Shown piece by piece: positions 1 to 7,360 of a stretch of 64,000 bases of DNA. Position 1 is the stretch's first letter; each line of letters starts with the position of its first letter. The DNA is taken from contig JAZRZO010000020.1 of the NCBI GenBank assembly GCA_045601405.1, forward strand, positions 738 through 64,737, read 5' to 3'. A program made the translations under genes and the position numbers. Origin of the DNA: Lachnospiraceae bacterium. GTDB taxonomy: Bacteria; Bacillota; Clostridia; Lachnospirales; Lachnospiraceae. The notes below the pieces were generated by a model. It saw only the letters and a program-made list of their open reading frames with translations, had not been told where the DNA came from and did no database searches.

Positions 1-884
1 TGTGCCACATCATTGAAGTCCTGACTTGCAGAAGATACCGCAACCGGCTTATAAAACTCCGTTGCGCCTGATACTGCTTTTTCAATGGTTCTTTTGCTGT
101 AGTCATCTCTGTTCCATTTGTCACGGCAAAGGTTGCTCGTCCTCATAAGCCTGTCGATCTGCTCCACATCCCCGCCGCAATAGAATGCAAGGATGGAACA
201 TAGAGCAAGGTCAGCCTCGCTTTGAGAAGCATATCCGGTGGTATCGCCATTCCACAGCTTCCGGAATTTATCATTGTTTGCGGCAGACATGGCAAGGTCT
301 ATAACAGCTGCATCTGTAAGAAAGCTTCCCGGCGGAGTTGCTTTCGGTTTCTGCGATTCCGGCTTAACCAAGTAGGCTTCAAGAAACGATACATAATCAT
401 CGGTACATTTCCGAATCGGCTTTTCGCATATGGCATTTCCGGTAGCAGACACATATTTGTTTTCCGTGTATGCTTCAACATGGATTTTCCTGTTGTTGAT
501 GTAATACTTTTCCTTATCAAAAACAGCGTCCGTGGTATCAATGAAAATGCGTATACCTTTTCCGGAAGGGCTGTATTCCGTATAAGAATCCATCCGTTCT
601 ATGATGTCCTTTGCAAGATCTGTTAATCCGCTGTCTGTCACGCAGTTATCAATGTCGATAGCCGAAAACTTAGGTTCGACGAAAACACCGATGCCGTTAT
701 ATCCACCTTTATCAAAAGATAGCTTTACTGCTTCAAAAGATGAAAAGTGACTGCGGTTTGTTGCATCCGCCTTTGCTCCGCTTATACTGTACGGGACCTT
801 GGTCGGCTTGCCTTTGCGTTCTTCATATCTCCACAGGATAAATCCCGCTTCCTTTTTCAGCGTGTTCGGCAGTTTTTCAAACAT
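1..884 (-). CDS. Mobile-element DNA primase/polymerase-like protein (AEP-type N-domain plus PriCT-like helical region); C-terminus runs off left edge
   Basis: Absent from the ORF track because it has no stop in the window. Hand translation of the minus strand from ATG 884 (AGGAGG upstream) found no in-frame stop down to position 1: MFEKLPNTLKKEAGFILWRYEERKGKPTKVPY...FSAIDIDNC...YSPSGKGIRIF...GYASQSEADLALCSILAFYCGGDVEQIDRLMRTSNLCRDKWNR. The DxD and SGxG motifs are typical of phage/ICE primases. The start overlaps the stop (877-879) of the upstream ORF. Confidence 0.65.
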   Translation of the reverse strand, partial: MFEKLPNTLKKEAGFILWRYEERKGKPTKVPYSISGAKADATNRSHFSSFEAVKLSFDKGGYNGIGVFVEPKFSAIDIDNCVTDSGLTDLAKDIIERMDSYTEYSPSGKGIRIFIDTTDAVFDKEKYYINNRKIHVEAYTENKYVSATGNAICEKPIRKCTDDYVSFLEAYLVKPESQKPKATPPGSFLTDAAVIDLAMSAANNDKFRKLWNGDTTGYASQSEADLALCSILAFYCGGDVEQIDRLMRTSNLCRDKWNRDDYSKRTIEKAVSGATEFYKPVAVSSASQDFNDVA

Positions 885-1383
885 TGGTCTTTCCTCCTTT
901 CCGATAGATTTGAGGGCATCCCTCACTGTACGGAGATTTGGACAGGGTCTTTGATGGGGTATTTTCATACACTTTCCGAAGTTTTTTCTTTGCGGATTCG
1001 ATAGATTCATAAACGCTGCTGTAATCAGCATCTTCAATCCGTGATATTTCTCGGATGTTCATTCCGTCCATATACATCCGGAACCTCCGGTACTGCGCAG
1101 GGGTGAGATTATTCCGGAGCAGTTCTTCAATCCGGTTTTCTTCATCGGCATTTGCTACATCCTCTGCGATATCCTCACCGGATGCATACTCAGTGCCTTC
1201 ATATATAAGAGCTTCGATATGGTACGGAGCATGATATCGCTGCCTCCGGTCTTCACTCTGGATTTCTTTCCGGCTCTGCTCAAGCCAGGATAGCGCGGTA
1301 TTCCATGCCTCCTCATCGTCATCATCGATGGCAATGAATACCTGGACTCCTTCATAAGGGTCTGTGTAACTGTAATCTTTCAC
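877..1383 (-). CDS. Small sigma-70 region-4-like / HTH regulator of a conjugative or integrative element
   Basis: The ORF track gives 877..1461; I prefer GTG 1383 (VKDYSYTDPYEG...). The C-terminal LTPAQYRRFRMYMDGMNIREISRIEDADYSSVYESIESAKKKLRKV looks like a sigma region-4 HTH. It is preceded by an acidic N-half and is translationally coupled to the primase-like gene. Confidence 0.5.
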   Translation of the reverse strand: MKDYSYTDPYEGVQVFIAIDDDDEEAWNTALSWLEQSRKEIQSEDRRQRYHAPYHIEALIYEGTEYASGEDIAEDVANADEENRIEELLRNNLTPAQYRRFRMYMDGMNIREISRIEDADYSSVYESIESAKKKLRKVYENTPSKTLSKSPYSEGCPQIYRKGGKTNV

Positions 1384-1903
1384 TTTCAGTCCTTTCCGCC
1401 CGAAGACGGAAAGAGCCGGGAAAGCTGCAGAACAAGAAAACCTGATTACAAAAGGGCACACTTATCCTGGGGTACGCAGACAATGCTCTAAAAAGGAAGC
1501 AAAAATCTGTATGTATCCCGGCCCTATACGTAATCAGGCTTTCGATATTTTGTTTTTATGCGATAGTCACCGCTGTGACTGAATCGCCGTTCTTATTACA
1601 TGAAAATCGTTTTTGTGAGCGACTTTCTAAAAGGTAGCCACGGGAGAATGAAAATCTGACGGCTATATCAGAATTTCTTTATCAATAGTCTCCGGGCAGA
1701 AAAAATCGCCATTGCAATTCCTTCCTTTCAATACAAGCCGGAAAAGTCAACCGGCAGCTGTTCCTCTACTGTGTAATGGAGATATGGAAGCCGTTTTGAC
1801 GAAAGATTTCCATTCCTGATATTCAATGGAGGCTTACTTTTCATTTGAACGAAAAAACTTCTCCTAACTGGTAGCCACAGGAACAGACAAAAAAGGATGT
1901 TTG

Positions 1904-1954
1904 AATAAAAAAATCCTGAGACTTATAAAGATAGTCTTCTCTACAAGTCTCAGG
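1904..1954 (-). terminator. Rho-independent terminator downstream of the SymE-like gene
   Basis: Perfect 10-bp inverted repeat CCTGAGACTT (1915-1924) / AAGTCTCAGG (1945-1954). On the minus strand it is followed by a T7 run (plus-strand A run 1907-1913). Confidence 0.7.
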
Positions 1955-2037
1955 ATAGAAATCAAGCGTTTAATAAAAATCAAAAAATCCCGCATCATTG
2001 CTGACGCAGGATTATTCGGACATATATTCTTTTGTGG

Positions 2038-2241
2038 TTATTTGATTTTTTCGATGATAAGCTTTCCGCCTTCACATACAACATTCATCGCAGTTCCCGG
2101 TTCAAACCCGGCTTCCGAGAGCCATTTGCCCTGGATACGTATCTGCGGAACTTCTTTGTATGAGTATTTGGCGCCTGTTGTACAGGAATACACCTTAAGC
2201 TTATGTTCGTTTCTTGCTTGCCTTTGCTTTTCACATTTCAT
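2038..2241 (-). CDS. symE: SymE-family (AbrB/SpoVT-fold) type I toxin-like protein
   Basis: VPQIRIQGKWLSEAGFEPGTAMNVVCEGGKLII parallels the E. coli SymE core [33 protein letters not shown]. It is 67 aa and sits in a mobile-element context. Confidence 0.6.
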   Translation of the reverse strand: MKCEKQRQARNEHKLKVYSCTTGAKYSYKEVPQIRIQGKWLSEAGFEPGTAMNVVCEGGKLIIEKIK

Positions 2242-2319
2242 AGGTGCCGCCTCCTTTCTCAGGTTACATACATCACTCTAAATGGAGAAAAAAGCAAGCT
2301 TACTGTTACTCATAATCCG

Positions 2320-2348
2320 TTGTTTCAAATTCCGTTTACTTATATAAT
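2320..2348 (+). promoter_or_regulatory. Sigma-70-type promoter for the XRE/nuclease operon
   Basis: -35 TTGTTT (2320-2325), 17-nt spacer, -10 TATAAT (2343-2348). It lies about 15-25 nt upstream of the XRE start. Confidence 0.5.
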
Positions 2349-2362
2349 TTTCACAATCGGAG

Positions 2363-2578
2363 GTGAGCACTGTGATTAAAGAAGAATTAGGCAATCGAAT
2401 ACGCGAGCTTCGCCAGAATACAGGATTAAGTCAGGAAAAATTCGCACTTAAGATTGGAATGGATCGAACATATTTTGCATCCGTAGAAGCCGGAAAGAGA
2501 AATATTGCCATCGAGAATATAAAGAAGATTGCTGATGGGCTTAATGTTACACTGAGCGATTTATTCAAAGAAATGTAA
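2363..2578 (+). CDS. XRE-family HTH protein (controller/C-protein-like)
   Basis: LGNRIRELRQNTGLSQEKFALKIGMDRTYFASVEAGKRNIAIENIKKIADGLNVTLSDLF is a classic Cro/C1 HTH. The start may be GTG 2372, with GGAGG at 2359-2363. It lies directly upstream of the nuclease-like genes. Confidence 0.85.
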   Translation: MSTVIKEELGNRIRELRQNTGLSQEKFALKIGMDRTYFASVEAGKRNIAIENIKKIADGLNVTLSDLFKEM

Positions 2579-2594
2579 GGAGGACTCTAATCAA

Positions 2595-3185
2595 ATGAAC
2601 TATACGCTTAAAAACGAAAGCATTGAATTGTTTAATGAAAGCGAAAAAACCGATTTTCCAAAGTATACTTCTCAGCTAATAAATTGGGCCAATCAAAATG
2701 CACAAGGAACAAGGCCCATTGTTGTTGGCCAAATGTCGGAATTATTTCCGGAATTTTTGGAATCTGACGAAGAAAAGTCAATCGCAGGCTGGCGTAGATG
2801 GTATATGAATCGTTATCCAGACGCTTTTGATAAAGCAACTGAAAAAATATATGCTCAGGTCGAAAATCTTCGAAAGGCTATCCCACTTATTGATGAAGCA
2901 TTGGTACATAGCTGGGTGGAGGATCTTGTGGTCAATAAAACATTTAATGGGTTGTATGTACAAAAGGCTATCTTAGCATCTTTGGCAAATAGAATGGGAT
3001 CAACATATCGTCTGGCAACTCCTGAGGAAGAGGCGAAAGGAATAGATGGATTTGTAGGTAATGTTGCATACTCTATAAAGCCTGACACATATAAAACGAT
3101 GGGGCGCCTGTCCGAAGTAATAAATGTCAAGATGATTTATTATACAAAAGCCAAAACCGGTTTGAAGATTGAAGTTGAGGAATAG
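2595..3185 (+). CDS. Putative restriction endonuclease-like protein (PD-(D/E)xK-like core), paralog A
   Basis: Strong RBS AAGGAGG. ATPEEEAKGIDGFVGNVAYSIKP gives an E...D...SxK arrangement. It follows a controller HTH and is convergent to a DNA methyltransferase. I have a faint recollection of MjaI-type endonucleases, unverified. Confidence 0.35.
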   Translation: MNYTLKNESIELFNESEKTDFPKYTSQLINWANQNAQGTRPIVVGQMSELFPEFLESDEEKSIAGWRRWYMNRYPDAFDKATEKIYAQVENLRKAIPLIDEALVHSWVEDLVVNKTFNGLYVQKAILASLANRMGSTYRLATPEEEAKGIDGFVGNVAYSIKPDTYKTMGRLSEVINVKMIYYTKAKTGLKIEVEE

Positions 3186-3200
3186 AAGGAGGACAAGTAC

Positions 3201-3545
3201 ATGCCTGTTGCAAACAAGGAATTTGTTTTAAATTATGCAATGAACAGATGGCAATTAAATTTTAAAAGAAATGTTGGACCAACATCAGATTCAATTCGCA
3301 TCTGTAGTCCTTCGTCTTTTGATGAATGGTGTGATTATTATTACTCGAATGTGAGAAGTCGCCAACATTTGGATGATCTCGGCAGAACACTTTATGAAAG
3401 AATAACGGAGAATCTTCCGGAGGAAAACAGATTCCATCCTGATTTATTAAACACCATTACTGTGCAGGATTGTATTGATTATATGCACATGGTAGTGTTG
3501 CGTCGAACATATGATGGATATCTTAAAGAAAGAGGGTTGCTATGA
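3201..3545 (+). CDS. N-terminal-half homolog of the 2595..3185 protein (paralog B, part 1)
   Basis: RBS GAAGGAGG. It is collinear with residues about 24-127 of paralog A: NWANQNAQGTRP vs RWQLNFKRNVGP, GWRRWY vs EWCDYY, VVNKTFNGLYVQKAIL vs VLRRTYDGYLKERGLL. Confidence 0.4.
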   Translation: MPVANKEFVLNYAMNRWQLNFKRNVGPTSDSIRICSPSSFDEWCDYYYSNVRSRQHLDDLGRTLYERITENLPEENRFHPDLLNTITVQDCIDYMHMVVLRRTYDGYLKERGLL

Positions 3546-3868
3546 ATCCTGTGCTTATTATTGGAGGGATTCCATTCTTTGATGCGCCGAGTGAAATTGA
3601 AGGCTCACCATATTGGGTTGATTTGTGGACAGACGTTAATGGTTACAAAATAGGTCTACAGATAAAACCGCCATCTTATCATTCAGCAAACATTTCAATA
3701 TATATGGGAAAAGCTCGATCATCAGAAGAAAAAGGGCATAAAGAGTTTTTGCGTGATTTTGGTGGAAAAGTATTTGTAGTAATGCCGGAAAATGGTGATG
3801 TCCCGCGAAATGTTGAAGAAGCAATTATTGCTGAATATACCTTGCTACAGCAAATGCCTCCAAGATAA
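3542..3868 (+). CDS. C-terminal-half homolog of the 2595..3185 protein (paralog B, part 2; carries the nuclease-like motif)
   Basis: The start overlaps the previous stop (ATGA) and has its own AGAGGG SD. DAPSEIEGSPYWVDLWTDVNGYKIGLQIKPPSY aligns with ATPEEEAKGIDGFVGNVAYSIKPDTY of paralog A. Confidence 0.4.
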   Translation: MNPVLIIGGIPFFDAPSEIEGSPYWVDLWTDVNGYKIGLQIKPPSYHSANISIYMGKARSSEEKGHKEFLRDFGGKVFVVMPENGDVPRNVEEAIIAEYTLLQQMPPR

Positions 3869-3974
3869 TAATAAATAAATGGCGGTCGCTAAAGTTGGTG
3901 TGCTACCCGTCAAGAGGACAGTGAATAATTAAAAAGTTTTGTGCCGCCAGTCGAGCAATCGGCTGACGGTTTTC

Positions 3975-4754
3975 TTATGCCGCCACATAGTAACTTTCAT
4001 GGTATTCAACAGGTGTCATCAAATGAAGTTTCCGCTGAATCCGATCTGTATTGTAAAACCCAAGATATGTCTCTATTGCATTCACTAAATCTGTTTTTGA
4101 AGTAAAGCGTTTTCCGTAGTACATCTCACGCTTCAGGATGCCCCAAAAGCCTTCCATGGGACCGTTATCAATACAATGAGCTACTCTGGACATGCTCTGC
4201 TTCATATGATGCTTTTTTAGCCTTGCTGAGAACTGCTTGCTCGTGTATTGGAAACCTCTGTCACTGTGAAACAATGGATGTGCATCTGGCTCAAGAGCCA
4301 CTGCTTCATCAAACGTGTTCATAACGAGCGGATTATCATTGCGGTCACCGATCTTATATGTCACGATCCTGCGATCATAGAGATCCAGAATGGCGCTCAG
4401 GTATACCTTGTGCACTTCGATGCCGATGTAATACTTGAACTCTGTCACATCGGTCAGCCACTTCTCATTCGGTGCATCTGCATGGAAGTCACGATTCAGA
4501 TAATTCCTGGCGATGTGTGCAGGATCATTGCTGTTTTTGGTGCAGCTCTTTGGCTTCCACTTGATCGTAGACTGGACGTGCTCTTTACGGCAGATTCTCA
4601 AGACACGCTTATCATTCACAGCGATACCATGCTTTTTATCCAACTCATCCCTGATCCGCCGGTATCCCATGTCAGGATGTTTTTCATGGATGTATTTGAT
4701 TTTCTCGGATATCTCCTTGTTGCACTTTTCACTGAAACTGACAGGATTCTTCAT
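3975..4754 (-). CDS. IS3-family transposase OrfB (rve/DDE integrase core), expressed as OrfAB fusion by -1 frameshift
   Basis: HSDRGFQYTS and DNGPMEGFWGILKRE motifs. Hand translation of the -1 frame from the A7 site reads SQRVRDERSLSLTRHLYKYQAIKELAEEKHYPVQRLCEYLHLSRSAYYRWMKNP..., joining OrfA to OrfB without a stop. Confidence 0.8.
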   Translation of the reverse strand: MKNPVSFSEKCNKEISEKIKYIHEKHPDMGYRRIRDELDKKHGIAVNDKRVLRICRKEHVQSTIKWKPKSCTKNSNDPAHIARNYLNRDFHADAPNEKWLTDVTEFKYYIGIEVHKVYLSAILDLYDRRIVTYKIGDRNDNPLVMNTFDEAVALEPDAHPLFHSDRGFQYTSKQFSARLKKHHMKQSMSRVAHCIDNGPMEGFWGILKREMYYGKRFTSKTDLVNAIETYLGFYNTDRIQRKLHLMTPVEYHESYYVAA

Positions 4755-4867
4755 CCAACGATAGTAAGCGCTGCGTGACAGATGAAGATATTCACATAAC
4801 CTTTGTACGGGATAGTGCTTTTCTTCAGCCAGTTCTTTGATCGCCTGGTATTTATACAGATGGCGAG

Positions 4868-5569
4868 TCAGAGATAGCGATCTTTCATCTCTAACTCTCT
4901 GACTTTTTTTAACAGATCATTCTCCATCTGAAGATCACGGTTCTTTCGTTCCAGTTCCGTGACCTTATCCCGCAGTTCTTCCTCCGGCGTCCTGGCTGGC
5001 TGCGTACCGGCACGACGACCACGCCGGTCTTCCAGTCCGGCTGAGCCCATCTTTTCATAGCGCAATACCCAGTTGCGTACCTGCTGATAAGAGCACTTGT
5101 ACTTTAATGCCATTGTACCGTAATTCCTGTTGTTGGCAAGGCAGTCCTGTACGATCTCAAGACGTTCTTCCGGCGTCGTTTGTCTGGATTTACTCATGTA
5201 GCTTCCTCCCCCGCTTGCACGGGCTGATATTTCTCCATGAGCATTATACTGCTTTATCCAATCTTGGAGTGCCTTTTTTGATCGAATTCCGTACCGCCTC
5301 ATTATCTCCAATAGAGATCCCTCTCCTTGAAGATAATCATTGGCTGCGCTAAGCTTCAGGCCCAAAGGGTAGTGCTTGTTATGCGTCTGATTCAAAAGAC
5401 CGCCAGGACCTTCATTCTGATAAATGATAACCCATTTCCGGAAGGAATCTGTTCCGTTTCCGGACAACCCGGCTAATCTCGCAGCTTCTCTGATTCCGAT
5501 TTCGTCTCTCAGATACTGTTCAACTAACTGGACCTTAAGGACTGGATCAATCTTACTCTTTCTGGACAT
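4868..5569 (-). CDS. IS3-family transposase OrfA (HTH domains, leucine-zipper-like C-end)
   Basis: The ORF track gives 4868..5623; the likely start is ATG 5569 (MSRKSKIDPVLKVQLVEQYL...). It ends ...ELERKNRDLQMENDLLKKVRELEMKDRYL, just past the slippery A7. Confidence 0.8.
   Translation of the reverse strand: MSRKSKIDPVLKVQLVEQYLRDEIGIREAARLAGLSGNGTDSFRKWVIIYQNEGPGGLLNQTHNKHYPLGLKLSAANDYLQGEGSLLEIMRRYGIRSKKALQDWIKQYNAHGEISARASGGGSYMSKSRQTTPEERLEIVQDCLANNRNYGTMALKYKCSYQQVRNWVLRYEKMGSAGLEDRRGRRAGTQPARTPEEELRDKVTELERKNRDLQMENDLLKKVRELEMKDRYL
4904..4910 (-). other. Programmed -1 ribosomal frameshift heptamer (A AAA AAA) of the IS3 element
   Basis: Plus-strand T7 run at 4904-4910, which reads TTA AAA AAA GTC on the coding strand. 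The -1 frame continues open into orfB. Confidence 0.7.
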
Positions 5570-5646
5570 AGAAATACCCCCAAGTAGGTTTTTATATTTC
5601 AATGTCCTACTTGGGGGTAGCATATCAAGTTGCAGCCGCCATCATT

Positions 5647-6921
5647 TTATATTGGAACAGAGTTGAGAAATTTTGTTTTGCAAGAATAATCAAGTTCCAT
5701 ATCAACATCTACGAATCCTGTTCGAATCATATGATTATTAATAAAAGTTTTGTTGTCAAGATAAACATAGCACAGAAGGACATTCTCAGGATCGTATTTA
5801 AGAGAATCATATTTCAAAAAAATCTTTCGCTTTTGGAACTTTTCTTGTAAAAAGCTGATTGCTTGTTCTCTGTATTTGGGATTCTCTTTTATTCCTAAAA
5901 GACGGACTGTCAGGCCATTGTTCAATTCTATTTTTTCAGGAGAGATAATTCTTTTGACACTATATAAGTCTTCTCGCTTTCCATCTGTCCCATCTATTTT
6001 GGAACCGTATTGAAGTTTTTTCACATCGACCTTTTTATCCATCCTATGCGGATCAGAAAATAGGTATGGAAGAGTATCCACACTAAAACTCTTATCATAG
6101 TTGCTGCAGAATTCAAGTTTATAATCCTCATCAAAAAGCGAATATTGTTGTTCTTGTATTTTTTCGTTTATAACGTTTTGAAAATCAGAATTGATTTCAT
6201 ACCCAATTGAATTCCTTCCTAAATGCTTAGCTGCAAGAGATGTTGTTCCACTTCCTGCGAAAGGGTCAAGCACGGTCTCTCCCACAAAGGAAAACATTTT
6301 AATAAGTCGTTTAGGAAGTTCTTCTGGAAACATTGCGATATGCTCCATTTGCTTTACCCCATTAAAATACCAATGAGAGGAAAAATATTGATTCCATTCA
6401 TCTTTAGATATTTCAGATTTAATTTTTTGCTCATAGGTTGGTTTAGGAGCATTTCCTAATTTTTTGAAAATGAGAATGAACTCATAATCCATTTTCAGTA
6501 TTCCGTTTCGTGGATATGGAAAGCTTCCCATAATGGCACCACCGCCGGATGTATTCATCGTCGTGGTTTTCTGCCATATAATGGCTCCCATATAATCCAT
6601 CCCTAATGACTCGCAAAATTTAATTATTTCGGTACGGATCGGAATAACCTTGTAACGTCCATAATACACTGAGCGGGCAAACTGATCACCTATATTGATA
6701 CAAAGGCGGCATCCATCGGATAATACACGATTACACTCTTGCCAAACTAAATTTAGATTATTTATATATTCCTCATAGCTATCATTGAATCCGATCTGAT
6801 CAACGCTGCCATAGTCTTTTAGTTGCCAATAAGGCGGCGATGTGATTATGAGTTGAACAGATTTATCCGGTATCAAACTCATCTTTCGGCTATCGCCAAA
6901 TACAATTTTATGATTTGTCAT
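5647..6921 (-). CDS. Beta-class DNA methyltransferase (SPPY motif, probably N4-cytosine or N6-adenine) with C-terminal degenerate SNase-like domain
   Basis: Motif IV TSPPYW lies at residues 27-32 (SPPY = 28-31) and motif I VLDPFAGSGTTSLAA at residues 217-231, the order expected for a beta-class enzyme. Residues about 319-410 align collinearly with staphylococcal nuclease (see findings). Confidence 0.85.
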   Translation of the reverse strand: MTNHKIVFGDSRKMSLIPDKSVQLIITSPPYWQLKDYGSVDQIGFNDSYEEYINNLNLVWQECNRVLSDGCRLCINIGDQFARSVYYGRYKVIPIRTEIIKFCESLGMDYMGAIIWQKTTTMNTSGGGAIMGSFPYPRNGILKMDYEFILIFKKLGNAPKPTYEQKIKSEISKDEWNQYFSSHWYFNGVKQMEHIAMFPEELPKRLIKMFSFVGETVLDPFAGSGTTSLAAKHLGRNSIGYEINSDFQNVINEKIQEQQYSLFDEDYKLEFCSNYDKSFSVDTLPYLFSDPHRMDKKVDVKKLQYGSKIDGTDGKREDLYSVKRIISPEKIELNNGLTVRLLGIKENPKYREQAISFLQEKFQKRKIFLKYDSLKYDPENVLLCYVYLDNKTFINNHMIRTGFVDVDMELDYSCKTKFLNSVPI

Positions 6922-6933
6922 AAAAATCCTTTC

Positions 6934-7146
6934 TTAATCAATTCTATCTCCGTTTGGAAGTAAGAAATACTGTTCGAATTTTACATTTAAGGAATCTGCT
7001 ATCTGCTGAAGCTCCTCTTTAGTAATTGTGTTTCTTTTGAGTTTAGCACTAAAATTTTGCGGGGTTTGATTTAGTCTTCTTGCCAATTCAGAAATGCTAA
7101 CACCGGTTCTAACACATAATACTTTTATTTGCTCTGACGTTGTCAT
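6934..7146 (-). CDS. XRE-family HTH protein upstream of the methyltransferase
   Basis: IKVLCVRTGVSISELARRLNQTPQNFSAKLKRNTITKEELQQIADSLNV. I prefer ATG 7146 (GGAGGGG just upstream) over ATG 7158. There is a 12-nt gap to the methyltransferase start. Confidence 0.8.
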   Translation of the reverse strand: MTTSEQIKVLCVRTGVSISELARRLNQTPQNFSAKLKRNTITKEELQQIADSLNVKFEQYFLLPNGDRID

Positions 7147-7184
7147 TTTCCCCTCCATAAAAACATGTCTAACAAAACGATTAC

Positions 7185-7213
7185 ATTATAAAACAATCAG
7201 TTGCAAATGTCAA
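7185..7213 (-). promoter_or_regulatory. Consensus sigma-70 promoter driving HTH-methyltransferase
   Basis: On the minus strand: -35 TTGACA (7213-7208), 17-nt spacer, -10 TATAAT (7190-7185). Confidence 0.65.
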
Positions 7214-7229
7214 CTCACTGATGTATAAT
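7201..7229 (+). promoter_or_regulatory. Near-consensus sigma-70 promoter driving kinase operon
   Basis: -35 TTGCAA (7201-7206), 17-nt spacer, -10 TATAAT (7224-7229). Its -35 overlaps the -35 of the divergent promoter. Confidence 0.65.
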
Positions 7230-7242
7230 ACTGTTTGATTGA

Positions 7243-7274
7243 ATTCAACGATTCAACGATTTCACGATTTCATA
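7243..7274. repeat. Four tandem 8-bp repeats (candidate operator) in the kinase 5' leader
   Basis: ATTCAACG ATTCAACG ATTTCACG ATTTCATA at 7243-7274, starting 14 nt downstream of the -10 at 7224-7229. Confidence 0.6.
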
Positions 7275-7360
7275 TATTAAAACCATAGTTTAATCGGAAC
7301 GCTGTTAATATCCAAGTTGGTGGGGTGAAGTGAAATATTTCTATATTGTGGAGGAATTAA

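Larger units (their letters stand above)
3880..5641 (-). mobile_element. IS3-family insertion sequence
   Basis: Imperfect terminal inverted repeats: TGGCGGTCGCTAAAGTTGGTGTGCTACCCGTCAAGAGGACAGTGAA (from 3880) versus the reverse complement of the right end, TGGCGGCTGCAACTTGATATGCTACCCCCAAGTAGGACATTGAA (from 5641). The ends are TG...CA. It has orfA/orfB with an A7 slippery site. I could not identify a target-site duplication. Confidence 0.8.

Noticed and set aside
222-1004. Plus-strand ORFs 222..626 and 747..1004, and minus-strand ORF 299..541
   Set aside because: They lie antisense to, or out of frame within, the long open primase-like frame (1..884, minus strand). That frame has recognisable motifs and a strong RBS, so these are shadow ORFs.
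1901-2281. Plus-strand ORF 1901..2281 (126 aa)
   Set aside because: It starts inside the terminator hairpin and runs antisense through the SymE-like gene. It has low-complexity sequence and no RBS.
4248-4778. The many long antisense ORFs inside well-supported genes. Examples are 4248..4778, 9771..10364, 15169..15756, 16336..16824, 18841..19341, 29508..29924, 32667..33152, 48314..48889, 49565..50017 and 52589..53011.
   Set aside because: Each overlaps a confidently identified gene on the opposite strand and has no recognisable motifs. The composition is typical of shadow frames.
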